Shown piece by piece: positions 8,753 through 20,140 of a stretch of DNA of 64,000 bases; position 1 is the first letter of the stretch; every line of letters begins with the position of its first letter. The notes under the pieces were generated by a model. It worked only from the letters and a program-made list of their open reading frames with translations. It was not told the DNA's origin and searched no databases. The DNA lies in assembly GCA_018223105.1 (NCBI GenBank), contig JAAEYY010000006.1:72806-136805 (forward strand). The letters are read 5' to 3'. A program made the position numbers and the translations under genes. Origin of the DNA: a bacterium. Its GTDB lineage: Bacteria > Bacteroidota > Bacteroidia > NS11-12g > UBA9320.

Positions 8753-11029
8753 ATGAGAAAGCTAGGCATATTTATATTCGTCTTTATTATTTCTATCACA
8801 TCTTTCGCTCAAGAGACGATCAAGATCGGAGGTTGGCGTATTCATTTACCCTACAACTCAGTAGAGCAGCTCGTTGAGACTCCAAACCTGATTTATGTTA
8901 TGGCAGAGATTGGTATATACAGTTTTAATAAGGTAAGCGGAGAAATCGAACTTTACTCCAAAGTGAACGGACTCTCAGAAACTGCTGTTGCTTGCATGGA
9001 GTATTCTGAGGAGCACAATGCCCTTGTTATTGGCTATGATAACACTAATGTAGATATACTCAAAGACGGAAAGATTATTAACTTACCGGGTATACTAAGG
9101 AAGACCATTGTTGGTAAAAAAGAAATTAATGAAATCCGGATTTTTGGCGATAAAGCATATTTAGCTACTTCTTTCGGGGTAGTAGTAGTAGACCTTGCGA
9201 ATGACGACATTTTCGATAGCTATTTAAATATTGGTGCCGGAGGATCTAACCTAGAATTATATTCCGCAGCGGAATATCAAGGAAATTTATATCTGGGAAC
9301 TGAACTTGGAATCTATAGAGCGCCATTGACAGGAAAGAATTTGAGCGACTTTAATTCATGGTCGGTTTTTAAACCTAATGGTGGAGGTGCAAACTTGATG
9401 AGGGTATATGATAATAAACTCTTTTTTGTAGAAGATAGCATCCTGCGATACTATGATGGCAATACCTACCAGGACTTGGAAGCTGGTGCCCAGCATGAGT
9501 ATCAATCTATTACATTAGATCATGGTAAAATGACGGTATGTAAGACTGAAGGAATCACGGTTTATGAAAATACCAATGTCTATCGGGAGGTGAATGAGCG
9601 CTTCAAATTCGCTGCAATTTTTGATCATGAAGACAATGTTTGGACTGGTGGATTTTATTCAGGATTGATTAAAATAAGTCCTGCCAACCAGTATTCCTTC
9701 CTGCGACCACAAGGGCCATTTGGTCCAACAAGTTATGCAATGGAATCTATTGGAAATCAAATTTGGGTAACCAGTGGAGGTAGAGCAACTAATTATAGCC
9801 CTACGTTTAACAATTTTGGCTACTATGTTTTTGAAGATGGAAAATGGACGAATAGGGATCCCAATGAACCAGTTGTAGGAACCATGTTCGATTTCACTGC
9901 AATCGCTACAAATCCAACTACAAATGAAGTATGGATGGGTACTTTCGGTACCGGGATCGCTAGAATTAAAGACGGAAAATTTGTAGAGAGATTTGATCAT
10001 ACAAATTCCATCCTCCAACAATATGTGAACGATTGGACCATTTCAATGGGGATGGCCTTTGATCAGAATCAAGATCTATGGATGACCAACTTTGAATCTT
10101 CTAATGCATTAGCCGTTCGAAGAAACGATGGAACTTGGGAGTCCTTTAATTTGAGGTATAAAGGTACAGAATACAGAAGAGTTGGAAGAATTATTGTGGA
10201 TGAAAATAATACCAAATGGATGTTGGTAGAAAGAAGCTCATCGGCGGGGGGGACACGTGGAATGCTCGTTTTTAATCATAATGAGGATGGCCAACCTATT
10301 ATTCGTGCTTTAAGTGAGGGTGAAGGGAATGGTGGTTTACCTAATAATACGGTGAATGTTGCAATTCTGGATAAAGATGGTGAAGTATGGGTAGGAACGG
10401 AGAGTGGCTTGGCTATTTTTTATAACCCAAGCCTGGTTTTTCAAAGAGGGGATGTGAATGCAGATGCTCAACAAATCATTATCGATGATGGTGAAGATGT
10501 GGGCTACCTCCTTGGTAATGAAGTAATAAATGATATTAAGATAGACGGAGCTAATAGAAAGTGGGTGGCTACGAATAATGGTGTATGGCTAATTAAAGCA
10601 GATGGCTCTGCTGTAGTTCAACATTTTACAACATCCAACAGCCCATTGCCTTCAGACCAAGTGAATTGTCTCGCAATAAACCCAATTTCAGGGGAGGTGT
10701 TTTTTGGAACCACGGCCGGAATTATATCTTATAGAAGTGATGCTACAGAAGCTAGTAACCTTCATGAAAACACCTTGGTATATCCAAACCCGGTACACGA
10801 AGGGTATGATGGACCAATCACCATAACAGGCTTGCCGGCAAATGCTACAGTTAAGATAGCAGATGTTGCAGGAAGAGTGGTTTATGAACTGATCGCTACT
10901 GGAGGAACTGCCGTTTGGGATGGTAGAAACTTCGCGGGCGAGCGGCCTCAAACCGGAGTTTATCTCATTTTTTCAGCGAATGAGGATGACGAGGATGCGC
11001 TGGTTAGCAAGCTTTTAATCGTTAGATAG
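8753..11029 (+). CDS. porZ: Type IX secretion system A-LPS delivery protein PorZ
   Basis: IGGWRIHLPY N-terminus, beta-propeller repeats, DGANRKW, T9SS CTD (VYPNP...GVYLI...KLLIVR), and adjacency to recO. Confidence 0.92.
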   Translation: MRKLGIFIFVFIISITSFAQETIKIGGWRIHLPYNSVEQLVETPNLIYVMAEIGIYSFNKVSGEIELYSKVNGLSETAVACMEYSEEHNALVIGYDNTNVDILKDGKIINLPGILRKTIVGKKEINEIRIFGDKAYLATSFGVVVVDLANDDIFDSYLNIGAGGSNLELYSAAEYQGNLYLGTELGIYRAPLTGKNLSDFNSWSVFKPNGGGANLMRVYDNKLFFVEDSILRYYDGNTYQDLEAGAQHEYQSITLDHGKMTVCKTEGITVYENTNVYREVNERFKFAAIFDHEDNVWTGGFYSGLIKISPANQYSFLRPQGPFGPTSYAMESIGNQIWVTSGGRATNYSPTFNNFGYYVFEDGKWTNRDPNEPVVGTMFDFTAIATNPTTNEVWMGTFGTGIARIKDGKFVERFDHTNSILQQYVNDWTISMGMAFDQNQDLWMTNFESSNALAVRRNDGTWESFNLRYKGTEYRRVGRIIVDENNTKWMLVERSSSAGGTRGMLVFNHNEDGQPIIRALSEGEGNGGLPNNTVNVAILDKDGEVWVGTESGLAIFYNPSLVFQRGDVNADAQQIIIDDGEDVGYLLGNEVINDIKIDGANRKWVATNNGVWLIKADGSAVVQHFTTSNSPLPSDQVNCLAINPISGEVFFGTTAGIISYRSDATEASNLHENTLVYPNPVHEGYDGPITITGLPANATVKIADVAGRVVYELIATGGTAVWDGRNFAGERPQTGVYLIFSANEDDEDALVSKLLIVR

Positions 11030-11754
11030 TGTTATTTAAAACCCGGGCAATAGTTCTAAAAAATACCTTTTTCGGAGATCATGCCGTGATCTCAAAAATG
11101 TATACCCGAGAGAATGGTTTGCGCTCATATATGATCAATGGCGTACGTAAACCCAAGAGCAGGATAAGCATGGGAAGCCTTCAACCACTGAGTCTTTTGG
11201 ATTTAGAGGCATATGAGAAAAGCAATTCCGGTATACAAAGAATAAAAGAACTAAAATGTAGACCCATCTTAATTGATACCTTTCAGGATTTCAAAAGAAG
11301 AGCTGTGGCTATGTTTCTAATCGAACTACTAAATTCTTGCATTGTAGCTGAAGACTGTGAGCATGAGCTATTCGACTTCCTTGAAGCTTCTATATTAAAA
11401 CTTGAGACCGACGATCATATATCTAATTTCCCGCTTCAGTTTATGGTAGATTTCAGCAGGATGTTAGGGATAGATCCTCAATCTAATTACTCAGAAGACC
11501 AACCATATTTAGATCTGCAAACCGGCACTCACACTGCTGTAGCACATGAACTTTGTGCAGATCGGGATGTGAGCAGAATAATACACGTTTTAAGGAATGC
11601 CGATGATAAGCAACATCTCAATATGAGTGCAGGCTTGAGAAAGAAGACACTGGATACCTTAATTTTGTACTATCAGCAGCATCTCATGCATGTGAAACGC
11701 TTTAATTCTACCGAAATATTAGGGGAAGTGATGGAAGCGTGGCATAAGGTTTGA
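11029..11754 (+). CDS. recO: DNA repair protein RecO
   Basis: KTRAIVLK, YTRENGLRSYMING, LQPLSLLDL motifs. Conserved position after porZ. Confidence 0.93.
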   Translation: MLFKTRAIVLKNTFFGDHAVISKMYTRENGLRSYMINGVRKPKSRISMGSLQPLSLLDLEAYEKSNSGIQRIKELKCRPILIDTFQDFKRRAVAMFLIELLNSCIVAEDCEHELFDFLEASILKLETDDHISNFPLQFMVDFSRMLGIDPQSNYSEDQPYLDLQTGTHTAVAHELCADRDVSRIIHVLRNADDKQHLNMSAGLRKKTLDTLILYYQQHLMHVKRFNSTEILGEVMEAWHKV

Positions 11755-11780
11755 TGTTTATTTATTAAATTTATAAGATT

Positions 11781-12350
11781 ATGAAAAAGTTTCTCTTGGC
11801 ACTTATAGTACTCATTTCAGCAACAGATCTCATGGCACAGTCTGCCAAAGACAGTATTAAGATCGTGCGGAGAGTAGTTATGGATGGAGATACCTTCTAT
11901 GTATATGAGTTTGATGAGTATATTCATAAGGAGTTTTTGTCCAAAGAGGAACTCGAAGAATACGAAAAGCTGGTTAAGAGAGTGAAGAAGGTACTTCCCT
12001 ACGCCAAACTAGCTGCTTTCAGATTGCAGATGATGGAAGATAATTTGAATCAGCTTAAAACTAAGCGTGCAAAAAGAAAGTACATTAAGGAAACTGAGGA
12101 AGCAATTAAGAAAGAGTTTATGGGGCAACTCAAAAACTTATATGTGGAAGAGGGTAAATTACTTTTGAAGCTGATCCATAGAGAAACAGGTAACACTACC
12201 TACGAAATTCTTAAGAAATACAGAGGAAGTGCATCTACTTTCTACTGGGGCCTTCTGGCTTCATATTACGATGCCGATATTGAAGTTACATATGATCCGA
12301 TCAAGGATTATCAGATAGAATACATTATTAAAAGTGCCAAACTGGAATAA
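11781..12350 (+). CDS. DUF4294 family exported protein
   Basis: VKKVLPYAKLA, GKLLLKLIHRETG, YDP..D..IE motifs. Signal peptide ending AQ. Confidence 0.8.
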   Translation: MKKFLLALIVLISATDLMAQSAKDSIKIVRRVVMDGDTFYVYEFDEYIHKEFLSKEELEEYEKLVKRVKKVLPYAKLAAFRLQMMEDNLNQLKTKRAKRKYIKETEEAIKKEFMGQLKNLYVEEGKLLLKLIHRETGNTTYEILKKYRGSASTFYWGLLASYYDADIEVTYDPIKDYQIEYIIKSAKLE

Positions 12351-12371
12351 GTTTTATTTGTTTTGCACTGA

Positions 12372-13091
12372 ATGAAGTTAGATGTTCTGGCCTTCGCGGC
12401 CCATCCGGATGATGTAGAGTTAGCCTGTTCAGGTACACTCATAAAGCTAAAGAAATCAGGAAAACGAATTGGTATTGTTGATCTCACCGAAGGTGAAATG
12501 GGCACTCGTGGCACACCTGAAATAAGAAAGGCAGAATCAAAAGCTTCTTCGGAAATCATGGGCTTAGATGTTCGTGAAAATTTAAATCTTGGCGATGCAT
12601 GGTTTGAAATTTCAAAATCGAACCAATTAAAGGTGATTGAGTCTATCCGTGCATATCAACCCGATATTATTCTCGTCAATGCCAAAAACGACAGACATAC
12701 AGATCACCCCAAAGGAGGCGAATTAGTTAAGCAGGCTGCTTTTCTTTCAGGTTTGGCTAAGGTTGAAACTGAGAGGGAAGGAGTGAAGCAAGATGCTTGG
12801 CGACCTAAGCATATCTTCCATTATATTCAGTATCTTATGGATACACCGGATTTCATTGTAGATATATCCGACGAGTTTGAAACCAAGATGAAGGCGATTC
12901 AGGCGTACAAGTCTCAGTTTTACAATCCGGAATCCGATGAGCCCAAAACCTTAATCTCTTCTCAAGAGTTTCTAAAGTACATTGAAGCAAGGGCAAGAGA
13001 ATGCGGATCTGCAATTGAGTCTACCTACGGTGAAGGTTTTCACGTAATAAGACCATTGTCGCTCGACATGGCAGATTTACTTCCAAAATAA
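12372..13091 (+). CDS. bshB1: Bacillithiol biosynthesis deacetylase BshB1 (PIG-L/LmbE family)
   Basis: AHPDDVEL, DLTEGEMGTRGT, DRHTDH, AYKSQF, YGEGF motifs. Confidence 0.88.
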   Translation: MKLDVLAFAAHPDDVELACSGTLIKLKKSGKRIGIVDLTEGEMGTRGTPEIRKAESKASSEIMGLDVRENLNLGDAWFEISKSNQLKVIESIRAYQPDIILVNAKNDRHTDHPKGGELVKQAAFLSGLAKVETEREGVKQDAWRPKHIFHYIQYLMDTPDFIVDISDEFETKMKAIQAYKSQFYNPESDEPKTLISSQEFLKYIEARARECGSAIESTYGEGFHVIRPLSLDMADLLPK

Positions 13092-13976
13092 TTTTAAAAA
13101 GCGGTTTGGGGTAATTGAGTATTCGTAGAAATATTCAGTTTCTGAGCCGAAGCTGTTAAAGAACTTCGCTACCGATTCAATTTTAGATCCTTCAAAGTCG
13201 AGAATATACTCCGTCTCTGCGTATAGTTCTATCAAGTGGTCTATTAAGATAGATAGGGCATTTCGTTTCTTACCAAGTTTAGATGGTGCACCCATCACAT
13301 AATGTAATCGTCCATGACCTTTTACGAAGAATGCTGAAGCAAGACATTGATCTTCGAGATATACCTTGATATGTTCAAGTTGTTCATTCTCCGCCATAAT
13401 TTTCATAAGGTCATTAAATCGACTATAGGCATATTCATCCAAATGCAGATTCATCTTGCCGTAGGCCTTAATATACATTACCACAGTTTCCGATATTGAT
13501 TGTTCGACAGGAGCCGGGTTTCGTACAATCGTAAGTTCGTCGTTCTTCTTTTTCCGGAGGTTTTTAGATAAGTCGGATCTATAATTAGATCTTAAGTCAT
13601 CAATAGATTGGTTTAGATCGAGAATAATATTGGGTCTCTTTTCATAGGAGTGGTTCAGTTTAATATTGGAATTAAACCGGATTCGGTCGAAGTGTTTGTT
13701 CAGAAGAATTTCTATATCTGATATAATCGACTCATTAATGGGCCCAATCCATGGACATAATTGAATGAAGGGAGGCTGATATAATTCCTTAAACCATACC
13801 CTCATTCTTCGGGGTAGAGGAAGTCCTCCTTCATAGTCGTTCAATATGAGGGCATCCCAAGTGCTAAATGCGCTTAAATAAGCAGACTCTCCAAAAACAG
13901 AAGCGCCTTTTTGATCCCTCAACATAAGGTCCCAGCGATTAAAATCAATTTCTTCGTGTTTTAGATAGTTCAGCAC
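13077..13976 (-). CDS. GNAT-fold (FemAB-like) hypothetical protein
   Basis: YQPPFIQ and LDFEGSKIESVAKFFNSFG motifs. GTG start. 15 bp convergent overlap with bshB1. Confidence 0.72.
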   Translation of the reverse strand: MLNYLKHEEIDFNRWDLMLRDQKGASVFGESAYLSAFSTWDALILNDYEGGLPLPRRMRVWFKELYQPPFIQLCPWIGPINESIISDIEILLNKHFDRIRFNSNIKLNHSYEKRPNIILDLNQSIDDLRSNYRSDLSKNLRKKKNDELTIVRNPAPVEQSISETVVMYIKAYGKMNLHLDEYAYSRFNDLMKIMAENEQLEHIKVYLEDQCLASAFFVKGHGRLHYVMGAPSKLGKKRNALSILIDHLIELYAETEYILDFEGSKIESVAKFFNSFGSETEYFYEYSITPNRFLKLFWK

Positions 13977-14068
13977 GCCGACAAAAATAAGAGCTTATGT
14001 TAGACTTACTTAGCATTAATATCACAGAATAATAATATCGCTAAACTCTTATATAGCAACATCTTATT

Positions 14069-14076
14069 TATATTTG
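14069..14076 (+). promoter_or_regulatory. Distal sigma-A -7 box (P1) of the ribosomal superoperon
   Basis: TATATTTG followed by CAC. Confidence 0.55.
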
Positions 14077-14166
14077 CACTCTCTTAAAAGGGCAATTCTT
14101 TTTAGACAATATAATAGGCTTTAAAATCACTCATCTAAAAGCCTTCAAATTTTTTTTTCAAAGCCC

Positions 14167-14196
14167 TTGCAAACTTACCAATTAGTGCTACTTTTG
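14167..14196 (+). promoter_or_regulatory. Proximal sigma-A promoter (P2) of rpsL
   Basis: -33 TTG at 14167, -7 TACTTTTG at 14189-14196, and an upstream T-tract. Confidence 0.75.
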
Positions 14197-14225
14197 CAGA
14201 CCTTTTTAGAAACTGCAGAATTTAT

Positions 14226-14600
14226 ATGCCAACGATACAACAATTAGTTAGGAAAGGGAGGAAGCAAATCACCAAGAAAAGCAAGTCGAGAGCACTTGAC
14301 TCTTGTCCTCAGCGTCGAGGTGTTTGCACTAGAGTGTACACCACTACTCCCAAGAAACCAAACTCAGCAATGAGAAAAGTAGCCAGAGTAAGGCTTACCA
14401 ATGGAAATGAAGTGAATGCTTACATCCCTGGAGAAGGCCATAATCTACAAGAACACAGCATCGTTTTGGTGCGAGGTGGAAGGGTAAAAGATTTACCCGG
14501 TGTGAGATATCACATTGTACGTGGAGCTTTGGATACTGCAGGAGTTGAAGGTAGAACTCAGAGAAGAAGTAAGTACGGAGCTAAAAGACCTAAGAAATAA
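14226..14600 (+). CDS. rpsL: 30S ribosomal protein uS12
   Basis: [26 protein letters not shown]. Confidence 0.99.
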   Translation: MPTIQQLVRKGRKQITKKSKSRALDSCPQRRGVCTRVYTTTPKKPNSAMRKVARVRLTNGNEVNAYIPGEGHNLQEHSIVLVRGGRVKDLPGVRYHIVRGALDTAGVEGRTQRRSKYGAKRPKK

Positions 14601-15070
14601 TGAGAAAGTCACAAGCCAGAAAACGCGACATCACACCAGATCCAAGATTCAATGATATCTTGGTTTCTCGCTTTATTAATAATATGATGCTTCAGGGCAA
14701 GAAAGAAAAAGCGAGAAAGATTTTTTATGATGCGATTGACATTGTTGAAACTAAAGTTGAAGAAGAACCTGGAATTGAGGTTTGGAAAAAAGCTTTAAAT
14801 AATATAATGCCGTCTGTAATGGTAAAGAGTCGTAGAGTAGGAGGTGCCACTTTCCAGATTCCAATGGAAGTAAAGCCACATTTAAAAGTGTCTTTCGGAA
14901 TTAAGTGGATGATCAAATACTCAAGAAGCAGAAACGAGAAATCAATGGCAGGAAAATTAGCCGGAGAAATCGTAGCAGCTTCAAAGGGTGAAGGCGCTGC
15001 AGTGAAGAAAAAGGAAGATACCCATAGAATGGCGGAAGCGAATAAAGCATTTTCACATTTTAGAGTTTAG
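14600..15070 (+). CDS. rpsG: 30S ribosomal protein uS7
   Basis: KSRRVGGATFQIP, HRMAEANKAFSH. Confidence 0.99.
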   Translation: MRKSQARKRDITPDPRFNDILVSRFINNMMLQGKKEKARKIFYDAIDIVETKVEEEPGIEVWKKALNNIMPSVMVKSRRVGGATFQIPMEVKPHLKVSFGIKWMIKYSRSRNEKSMAGKLAGEIVAASKGEGAAVKKKEDTHRMAEANKAFSHFRV

Positions 15071-15076
15071 AGTAAG

Positions 15077-17182
15077 ATGTCAAAAAGAGACTTAAAATAT
15101 ACAAGAAATATAGGGATTGCCGCTCACATCGATGCCGGTAAAACAACTACTACCGAGCGTATCCTTTATTACGCGGGTGTTTCTCACAAAATTGGTGAGG
15201 TACACGATGGAGCAGCAACCATGGACTGGATGGAGCAAGAGCAGGAAAGAGGTATTACTATTACTTCTGCTGCAACTACTATCTTCTGGCCATACAGAGA
15301 CAATCAATACCATGTGAACATTATCGATACTCCTGGTCACGTTGACTTTACAGTAGAGGTGAATCGTTCTCTTCGTGTATTAGATGGATTAGTATTCTTA
15401 TTTAGTGCAGTTGATGGTGTTGAGCCACAGTCTGAAACTAACTGGAGATTAGCAAATAACTATAACGTTGCCAGAATTGGTTTCGTAAATAAAATGGACC
15501 GTCAGGGTGCCGACTTCCTTAACGTGTGTAAGCAAGTAAAGGAAATGTTGGGAAGTACTGCAATTCCTTTGCAGTTGCCTATCGGTGCTGAAGATACTTT
15601 CAGAGGAGTTGTTGATTTGATCAACTTCAAAGGAATCGTATGGAATGAGGAAGACATGGGTATGACCTTTAGCGAAGTACCTATTCCTGATGACATGATG
15701 GAAGAAGCTACTGCATACCGCGAGCAATTGCTTGAGGCTGTAGCTGAATTCGACGATTCTATCATGGAAAAATATTTTGAAGATCCTACTTCAATCACTG
15801 AGCGTGAAATTCTTGATGCATTAAGAGAAGCTACCATCGCGATGAAAATCGTTCCAATGATGTGTGGTTCTGCATTTAAGAACAAAGGTGTTCAGGCGAT
15901 GTTGGATATGGTAATGGAAATTCTTCCATCTCCATTGGATCAAGAAGCAATTAAAGGGATCAACCCTAAAAATGATGAGCCTGCATTCAGAAAGCCTTCT
16001 GTTGAAGAGCCATTTGCATCTCTTGCATTTAAAATTGCTACAGATCCTTATGTAGGTCGTCTTTGCTTTACTCGTGCGTACTCAGGAGTACTTGAGTCTG
16101 GTTCTTATGTATTCAACACAAGAACAAATAAGAAAGAGCGTATTTCACGTATCTTCCAAATGCACGCTAATAAGCAAAATCAAATTGAGAAATTACAAGC
16201 GGGTGATATCGCTGCACTTGTAGGATTTAAGGATATTAGAACAGGTGATACGCTTTGTGCTGAGAATGCACCAATCGTACTTGAATCTATGGACTTCCCG
16301 GATCCTGTAATTGGTGTTGCAATTGAGCCTAAGACTCAAGCAGACGTAGATAAATTGGGTATGGCTTTAGCGAAACTTGCTGAAGAAGATCCTACATTCC
16401 AAGTAAGAACGGATGATGAAACCGGCCAAACTGTAATTAGCGGTATGGGTGAGCTTCACTTGGAGATTATCATCGATCGTCTTAAAAGAGAATTTAAAGT
16501 AGAAGCGAACCAGGGTGCACCTCAGGTTGCTTATAAAGAAACTATCACTGGTAGTATTACTCACAGAGAGACTTACAAGAAGCAATCAGGTGGTAAGGGT
16601 AAATTCGCCGATATTCAGGTTGAAATTTCTCCTGCATCTGAAGGTAAAGAAGGTCTTGAGTTTGTAAACGAGATTGTAGGTGGTGCGATTCCTAAGGAAT
16701 TTATCCCTGCAGTTGAGAAAGGATTCAAAGAAGCTATGAAAAACGGTGTACTTGCAGGTTATCCTGTAGAGAACTTGAAAGTACGTCTTTTTGATGGTTC
16801 ATTCCACGCGGTGGATTCGGATTCTCTATCATTTGAGCAAGCTGCAAAATTTGCATTTAGAGATGGTTGTAGAAATGCCAATCCGGTATTGCTAGAGCCT
16901 ATCATGAAATTAGAAGTTATCACTCCTGAAGAAAATATGGGTGATGTGATGGGTGACCTTAACAGAAGAAGAGGTCAGATGCAAGGTGTTGGAGAGAAAA
17001 GTGGAGCACAAGTAATTAAAGCTATGGTTCCTCTTTCAGAGATGTTCGGATATGTAACTGCATTGAGAACTATTACTTCAGGTAGAGCCACTTCAACTAT
17101 GGAGTTTGATCACTACGAAGAAGTTCCAAAGAATATTGCAGAGGGAATTTTAGCAAAAGTTAACGGTACAATAAAGGCATAA
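15077..17182 (+). CDS. fusA: Elongation factor G
   Basis: [30 protein letters not shown]. Confidence 0.99.
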   Translation: MSKRDLKYTRNIGIAAHIDAGKTTTTERILYYAGVSHKIGEVHDGAATMDWMEQEQERGITITSAATTIFWPYRDNQYHVNIIDTPGHVDFTVEVNRSLRVLDGLVFLFSAVDGVEPQSETNWRLANNYNVARIGFVNKMDRQGADFLNVCKQVKEMLGSTAIPLQLPIGAEDTFRGVVDLINFKGIVWNEEDMGMTFSEVPIPDDMMEEATAYREQLLEAVAEFDDSIMEKYFEDPTSITEREILDALREATIAMKIVPMMCGSAFKNKGVQAMLDMVMEILPSPLDQEAIKGINPKNDEPAFRKPSVEEPFASLAFKIATDPYVGRLCFTRAYSGVLESGSYVFNTRTNKKERISRIFQMHANKQNQIEKLQAGDIAALVGFKDIRTGDTLCAENAPIVLESMDFPDPVIGVAIEPKTQADVDKLGMALAKLAEEDPTFQVRTDDETGQTVISGMGELHLEIIIDRLKREFKVEANQGAPQVAYKETITGSITHRETYKKQSGGKGKFADIQVEISPASEGKEGLEFVNEIVGGAIPKEFIPAVEKGFKEAMKNGVLAGYPVENLKVRLFDGSFHAVDSDSLSFEQAAKFAFRDGCRNANPVLLEPIMKLEVITPEENMGDVMGDLNRRRGQMQGVGEKSGAQVIKAMVPLSEMFGYVTALRTITSGRATSTMEFDHYEEVPKNIAEGILAKVNGTIKA

Positions 17183-17184
17183 AC

Positions 17185-17493
17185 ATGATTAATCAGAAAA
17201 TCCGAATAAAGTTAAAGTCTTACGACCATAACCTGATTGATAAATCAGCGGAGAAAATTGTGAAGTCTGTAAAGGCAACAGGTGCTGTAGTTAGTGGTCC
17301 TATTCCATTGCCTACCCAGCGCAAGATCTTTACAGTATTGAGATCTCCGCACGTAAATAAAAAATCACGTGAGCAATTCCAATTGAACTCTTACAAGAGA
17401 TTGCTCGACATCTATAGCTCTAGTGCTAAAACAGTAGACGCTTTGATGAAGTTGGAATTACCTAGTGGAGTGGATGTAGAAATTAAAGTATAA
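17185..17493 (+). CDS. rpsJ: 30S ribosomal protein uS10
   Basis: [31 protein letters not shown]. Confidence 0.99.
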   Translation: MINQKIRIKLKSYDHNLIDKSAEKIVKSVKATGAVVSGPIPLPTQRKIFTVLRSPHVNKKSREQFQLNSYKRLLDIYSSSAKTVDALMKLELPSGVDVEIKV

Positions 17494-17500
17494 CAGGAAG

Positions 17501-18118
17501 ATGTTAGGTTTTATAGGAAAAAAAGTAGGAATGACTTCAGTGTTTACCGAGTCTGGTAAATTGGAGGCATGTACCGTAGTTGAAGCGTTACCAAACGTAA
17601 TCACACAGATTAAAACTGTGGATACGGATGGTTACAATGCGGTTCAAATTGCTGCATTCGACAAGAAAGAAAAAAGCGCTACCAAAGCTGAATTAGGACA
17701 TTTTGCTAAAGCAAAGACTGCTCCTAAAAGAATGGTAGCTGAGATCCGCGATTTTGATAAAGAAGTGAATCTAGGTGATTCTCTTGGCATCGATATTTTC
17801 GTTGAAGGAGAATTCGTAGACGTAGCAGGAACTTCAAAAGGTAAAGGTTTTCAGGGTGTTGTAAAAAGACATGGTTTTAGCGGTGTGGGTGAATCAACTC
17901 ACGGTCAGCACAACCGTCTAAGAGCTCCCGGATCACTTGGTGCGGGTTCTACACCATCAAGAGTATTTAAAGGTACTCGTATGGCGGGAAGAACCGGAGG
18001 TACTAAAGTGAAAATGCAAAACCTTCGCGTATTGAAGATTGATGCGGAAAATAATGTATTGGTAATAAGCGGTGCGATTCCTGGTCATAAAGGATCGTAC
18101 ATAATGATCGAGAAATAG
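17501..18118 (+). CDS. rplC: 50S ribosomal protein uL3
   Basis: [27 protein letters not shown]. Confidence 0.99.
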   Translation: MLGFIGKKVGMTSVFTESGKLEACTVVEALPNVITQIKTVDTDGYNAVQIAAFDKKEKSATKAELGHFAKAKTAPKRMVAEIRDFDKEVNLGDSLGIDIFVEGEFVDVAGTSKGKGFQGVVKRHGFSGVGESTHGQHNRLRAPGSLGAGSTPSRVFKGTRMAGRTGGTKVKMQNLRVLKIDAENNVLVISGAIPGHKGSYIMIEK

Positions 18119-18120
18119 CA

Positions 18121-18747
18121 ATGAAAGTAAAAGTATTAAATACTTCAGGTGCAGAAACCGGTAAGGAAGTAAATCTTCCTAAGGAGATCTTCGGTTTGGA
18201 GCCGAACGACCACGCTATTTATCTTGACGTTAAGCAATATCTTGCTAATCAACGTCAGGGTACACATAGAACAAAAGAAAAAGGCGAGATCATAGGTTCT
18301 ACAAAGAAATTGAAGCGTCAGAAAGGTACCGGTACTGCAAGAGCAGGTAGTATCAAGTCTGGTTTGTTCAAAGGGGGAGGACGTTTTCACGGGCCAAAAC
18401 CTAGAGACTACGGTTTCAAATTGAACAAAAAGCTTAAAACTTTGGCTAGAAAATCAGCGCTTAGCCACAAAGCAAACGATAAAGCTATTTACGTAGTAGA
18501 TTCAGTAAGCTTTGATGGACCAAAGACGAAAGCGTATCTCGACATGCTTACAAGCTTGAAATTGAACGACGGAAGAACTTTAATGGTAATTCCTGATTAC
18601 GATAATAATGTGTATCTCTCAGCTAGAAACCTGCCAAAAGCAGAAGTGTTAGCAGCTCGTGATTTGAATACTTATCAAATCCTTAAAGCTAAGAACTTAA
18701 TTCTTGTTGAAGGATCTATTGATAAAATTAAAGAAACCTTGAACTAA
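18121..18747 (+). CDS. rplD: 50S ribosomal protein uL4
   Basis: RQGTH, RQKGTGTARAG. Confidence 0.99.
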   Translation: MKVKVLNTSGAETGKEVNLPKEIFGLEPNDHAIYLDVKQYLANQRQGTHRTKEKGEIIGSTKKLKRQKGTGTARAGSIKSGLFKGGGRFHGPKPRDYGFKLNKKLKTLARKSALSHKANDKAIYVVDSVSFDGPKTKAYLDMLTSLKLNDGRTLMVIPDYDNNVYLSARNLPKAEVLAARDLNTYQILKAKNLILVEGSIDKIKETLN

Positions 18748-18748
18748 A

Positions 18749-19039
18749 ATGGGAGTACTAAAGAAACCTTTGATCACTGAGAAAATGTCGAATCTATCCG
18801 AGCGACTAAACCAATACGGTTTCCGTGTGGATTTAAAAGCGACTAAGCCTCAGATAAAAGAAGAGATCGAGAAAATGTACAATGTTGAAGTGGAATCAAT
18901 CAGAACCATGGTTGTACAAGGAAAGAAAAAGTCTCGATTTACTAAGACTGGAATTGTAAACGGAAAGAATTCCAATTACAAGAAAGCGATTGTGAAGTTA
19001 AAAGAAGATCAATCTATAGACTTCTACGAAAATATTTAA
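18749..19039 (+). CDS. rplW: 50S ribosomal protein uL23
   Basis: PLITEK, KKAIVKL, and operon position. Confidence 0.99.
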   Translation: MGVLKKPLITEKMSNLSERLNQYGFRVDLKATKPQIKEEIEKMYNVEVESIRTMVVQGKKKSRFTKTGIVNGKNSNYKKAIVKLKEDQSIDFYENI

Positions 19040-19043
19040 GAGC

Positions 19044-19868
19044 ATGGCTGTAAAGAAAATAAAACCGGTTACCCCAGGACAGCGATTTAAGCTGGCAAAT
19101 ACCTTTGAAGAGCTTACTGCTAGTAAGCCTGAGAAGAGCCTTTTGGCTCCGATGAGAAGCAAAGGTGGTAGAAATAACACCGGAAAAATGACCATTAGAA
19201 ACGTAGGGGGTGGTCATAAAAGAAGATACAGAATAATCGACTTCAAACGTAATAAGCACGAAGAAGCAGAAGTATTAACTATCGAGTACGATCCAAACAG
19301 AACTGCATTCATTTCTTTGGTTCAGTATGGAGATGGCGAGAAAAGATACATCATCGCTCCTAAAGGCTTAAAAGTTGGTCAGAAGATTAACAGTGGTCCC
19401 GGTGTCGGTCCTGAATTAGGTAATGCTTTACCTCTTCAAGAGATTCCATTGGGAACCATGGTACACAATATTGAAATGCAGCCGGGTAAAGGTGCTGAGA
19501 TCTGCAGAAGTGCAGGATCCGGAGCGCAGTTACTTGCAAGAGACGGTAAATACGCGGTTGTTAAGTTGCCTTCAGGAGAATCGAGAATGATTCTTACAAG
19601 ATGCTTAGCTACTGTTGGTGTTGTGTCTAATGGAGATCATCAGTTGGAGATTTCGGGTAAAGCCGGTCGTTCAAGATGGTTGGGACGCAGACCAAGAACC
19701 AGACCTGCTGCTATGAACCCGGTTGATCACCCACAAGGTGGTGGTGAAGGTAGATCTAAAGGTGGTCAGGCAAGATCGCGTAAGGGTATTCCTTCTAAAG
19801 GTTTGAAGACAAGAAGTAAAAAGAAGAATTCGTCAAGACTTATATTAGAGCGTAAGAAGAAGAAATAA
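19044..19868 (+). CDS. rplB: 50S ribosomal protein uL2
   Basis: [27 protein letters not shown]. Confidence 0.99.
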   Translation: MAVKKIKPVTPGQRFKLANTFEELTASKPEKSLLAPMRSKGGRNNTGKMTIRNVGGGHKRRYRIIDFKRNKHEEAEVLTIEYDPNRTAFISLVQYGDGEKRYIIAPKGLKVGQKINSGPGVGPELGNALPLQEIPLGTMVHNIEMQPGKGAEICRSAGSGAQLLARDGKYAVVKLPSGESRMILTRCLATVGVVSNGDHQLEISGKAGRSRWLGRRPRTRPAAMNPVDHPQGGGEGRSKGGQARSRKGIPSKGLKTRSKKKNSSRLILERKKKK

Positions 19869-19871
19869 GCT

Positions 19872-20135
19872 ATGCCAAGATCATTAAAGAAAGGACCTTT
19901 TGTTCATTATAAACTCGATAAAAAGATCGAGGCGATGAACAATTCAGGAAAGAAAACAGTAATCAAAACATGGAGCAGAAGCTCATTGATTACTCCTGAA
20001 TTTGTAGGACACACCTTCGCTGTTCACAACGGAAACAAATTTATTCCGGTATATGTAACAGAGAACATGGTAGGTCATAAACTAGGGGAATTTGCTCCAA
20101 CAAGAACATTTAAAGGTCACCCGGTTAAAAAGTAA
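19872..20135 (+). CDS. rpsS: 30S ribosomal protein uS19
   Basis: [19 protein letters not shown]. Confidence 0.99.
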   Translation: MPRSLKKGPFVHYKLDKKIEAMNNSGKKTVIKTWSRSSLITPEFVGHTFAVHNGNKFIPVYVTENMVGHKLGEFAPTRTFKGHPVKK

Positions 20136-20140
20136 GAACA

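Noticed and set aside
17182-17185. Absence of tuf between fusA and rpsJ
   Set aside because: This is the normal Bacteroidota arrangement.
19725-19750. uL2 DHPQGGGEG variant
   Set aside because: The essential first His is retained, and the substituted position varies among bacteria.
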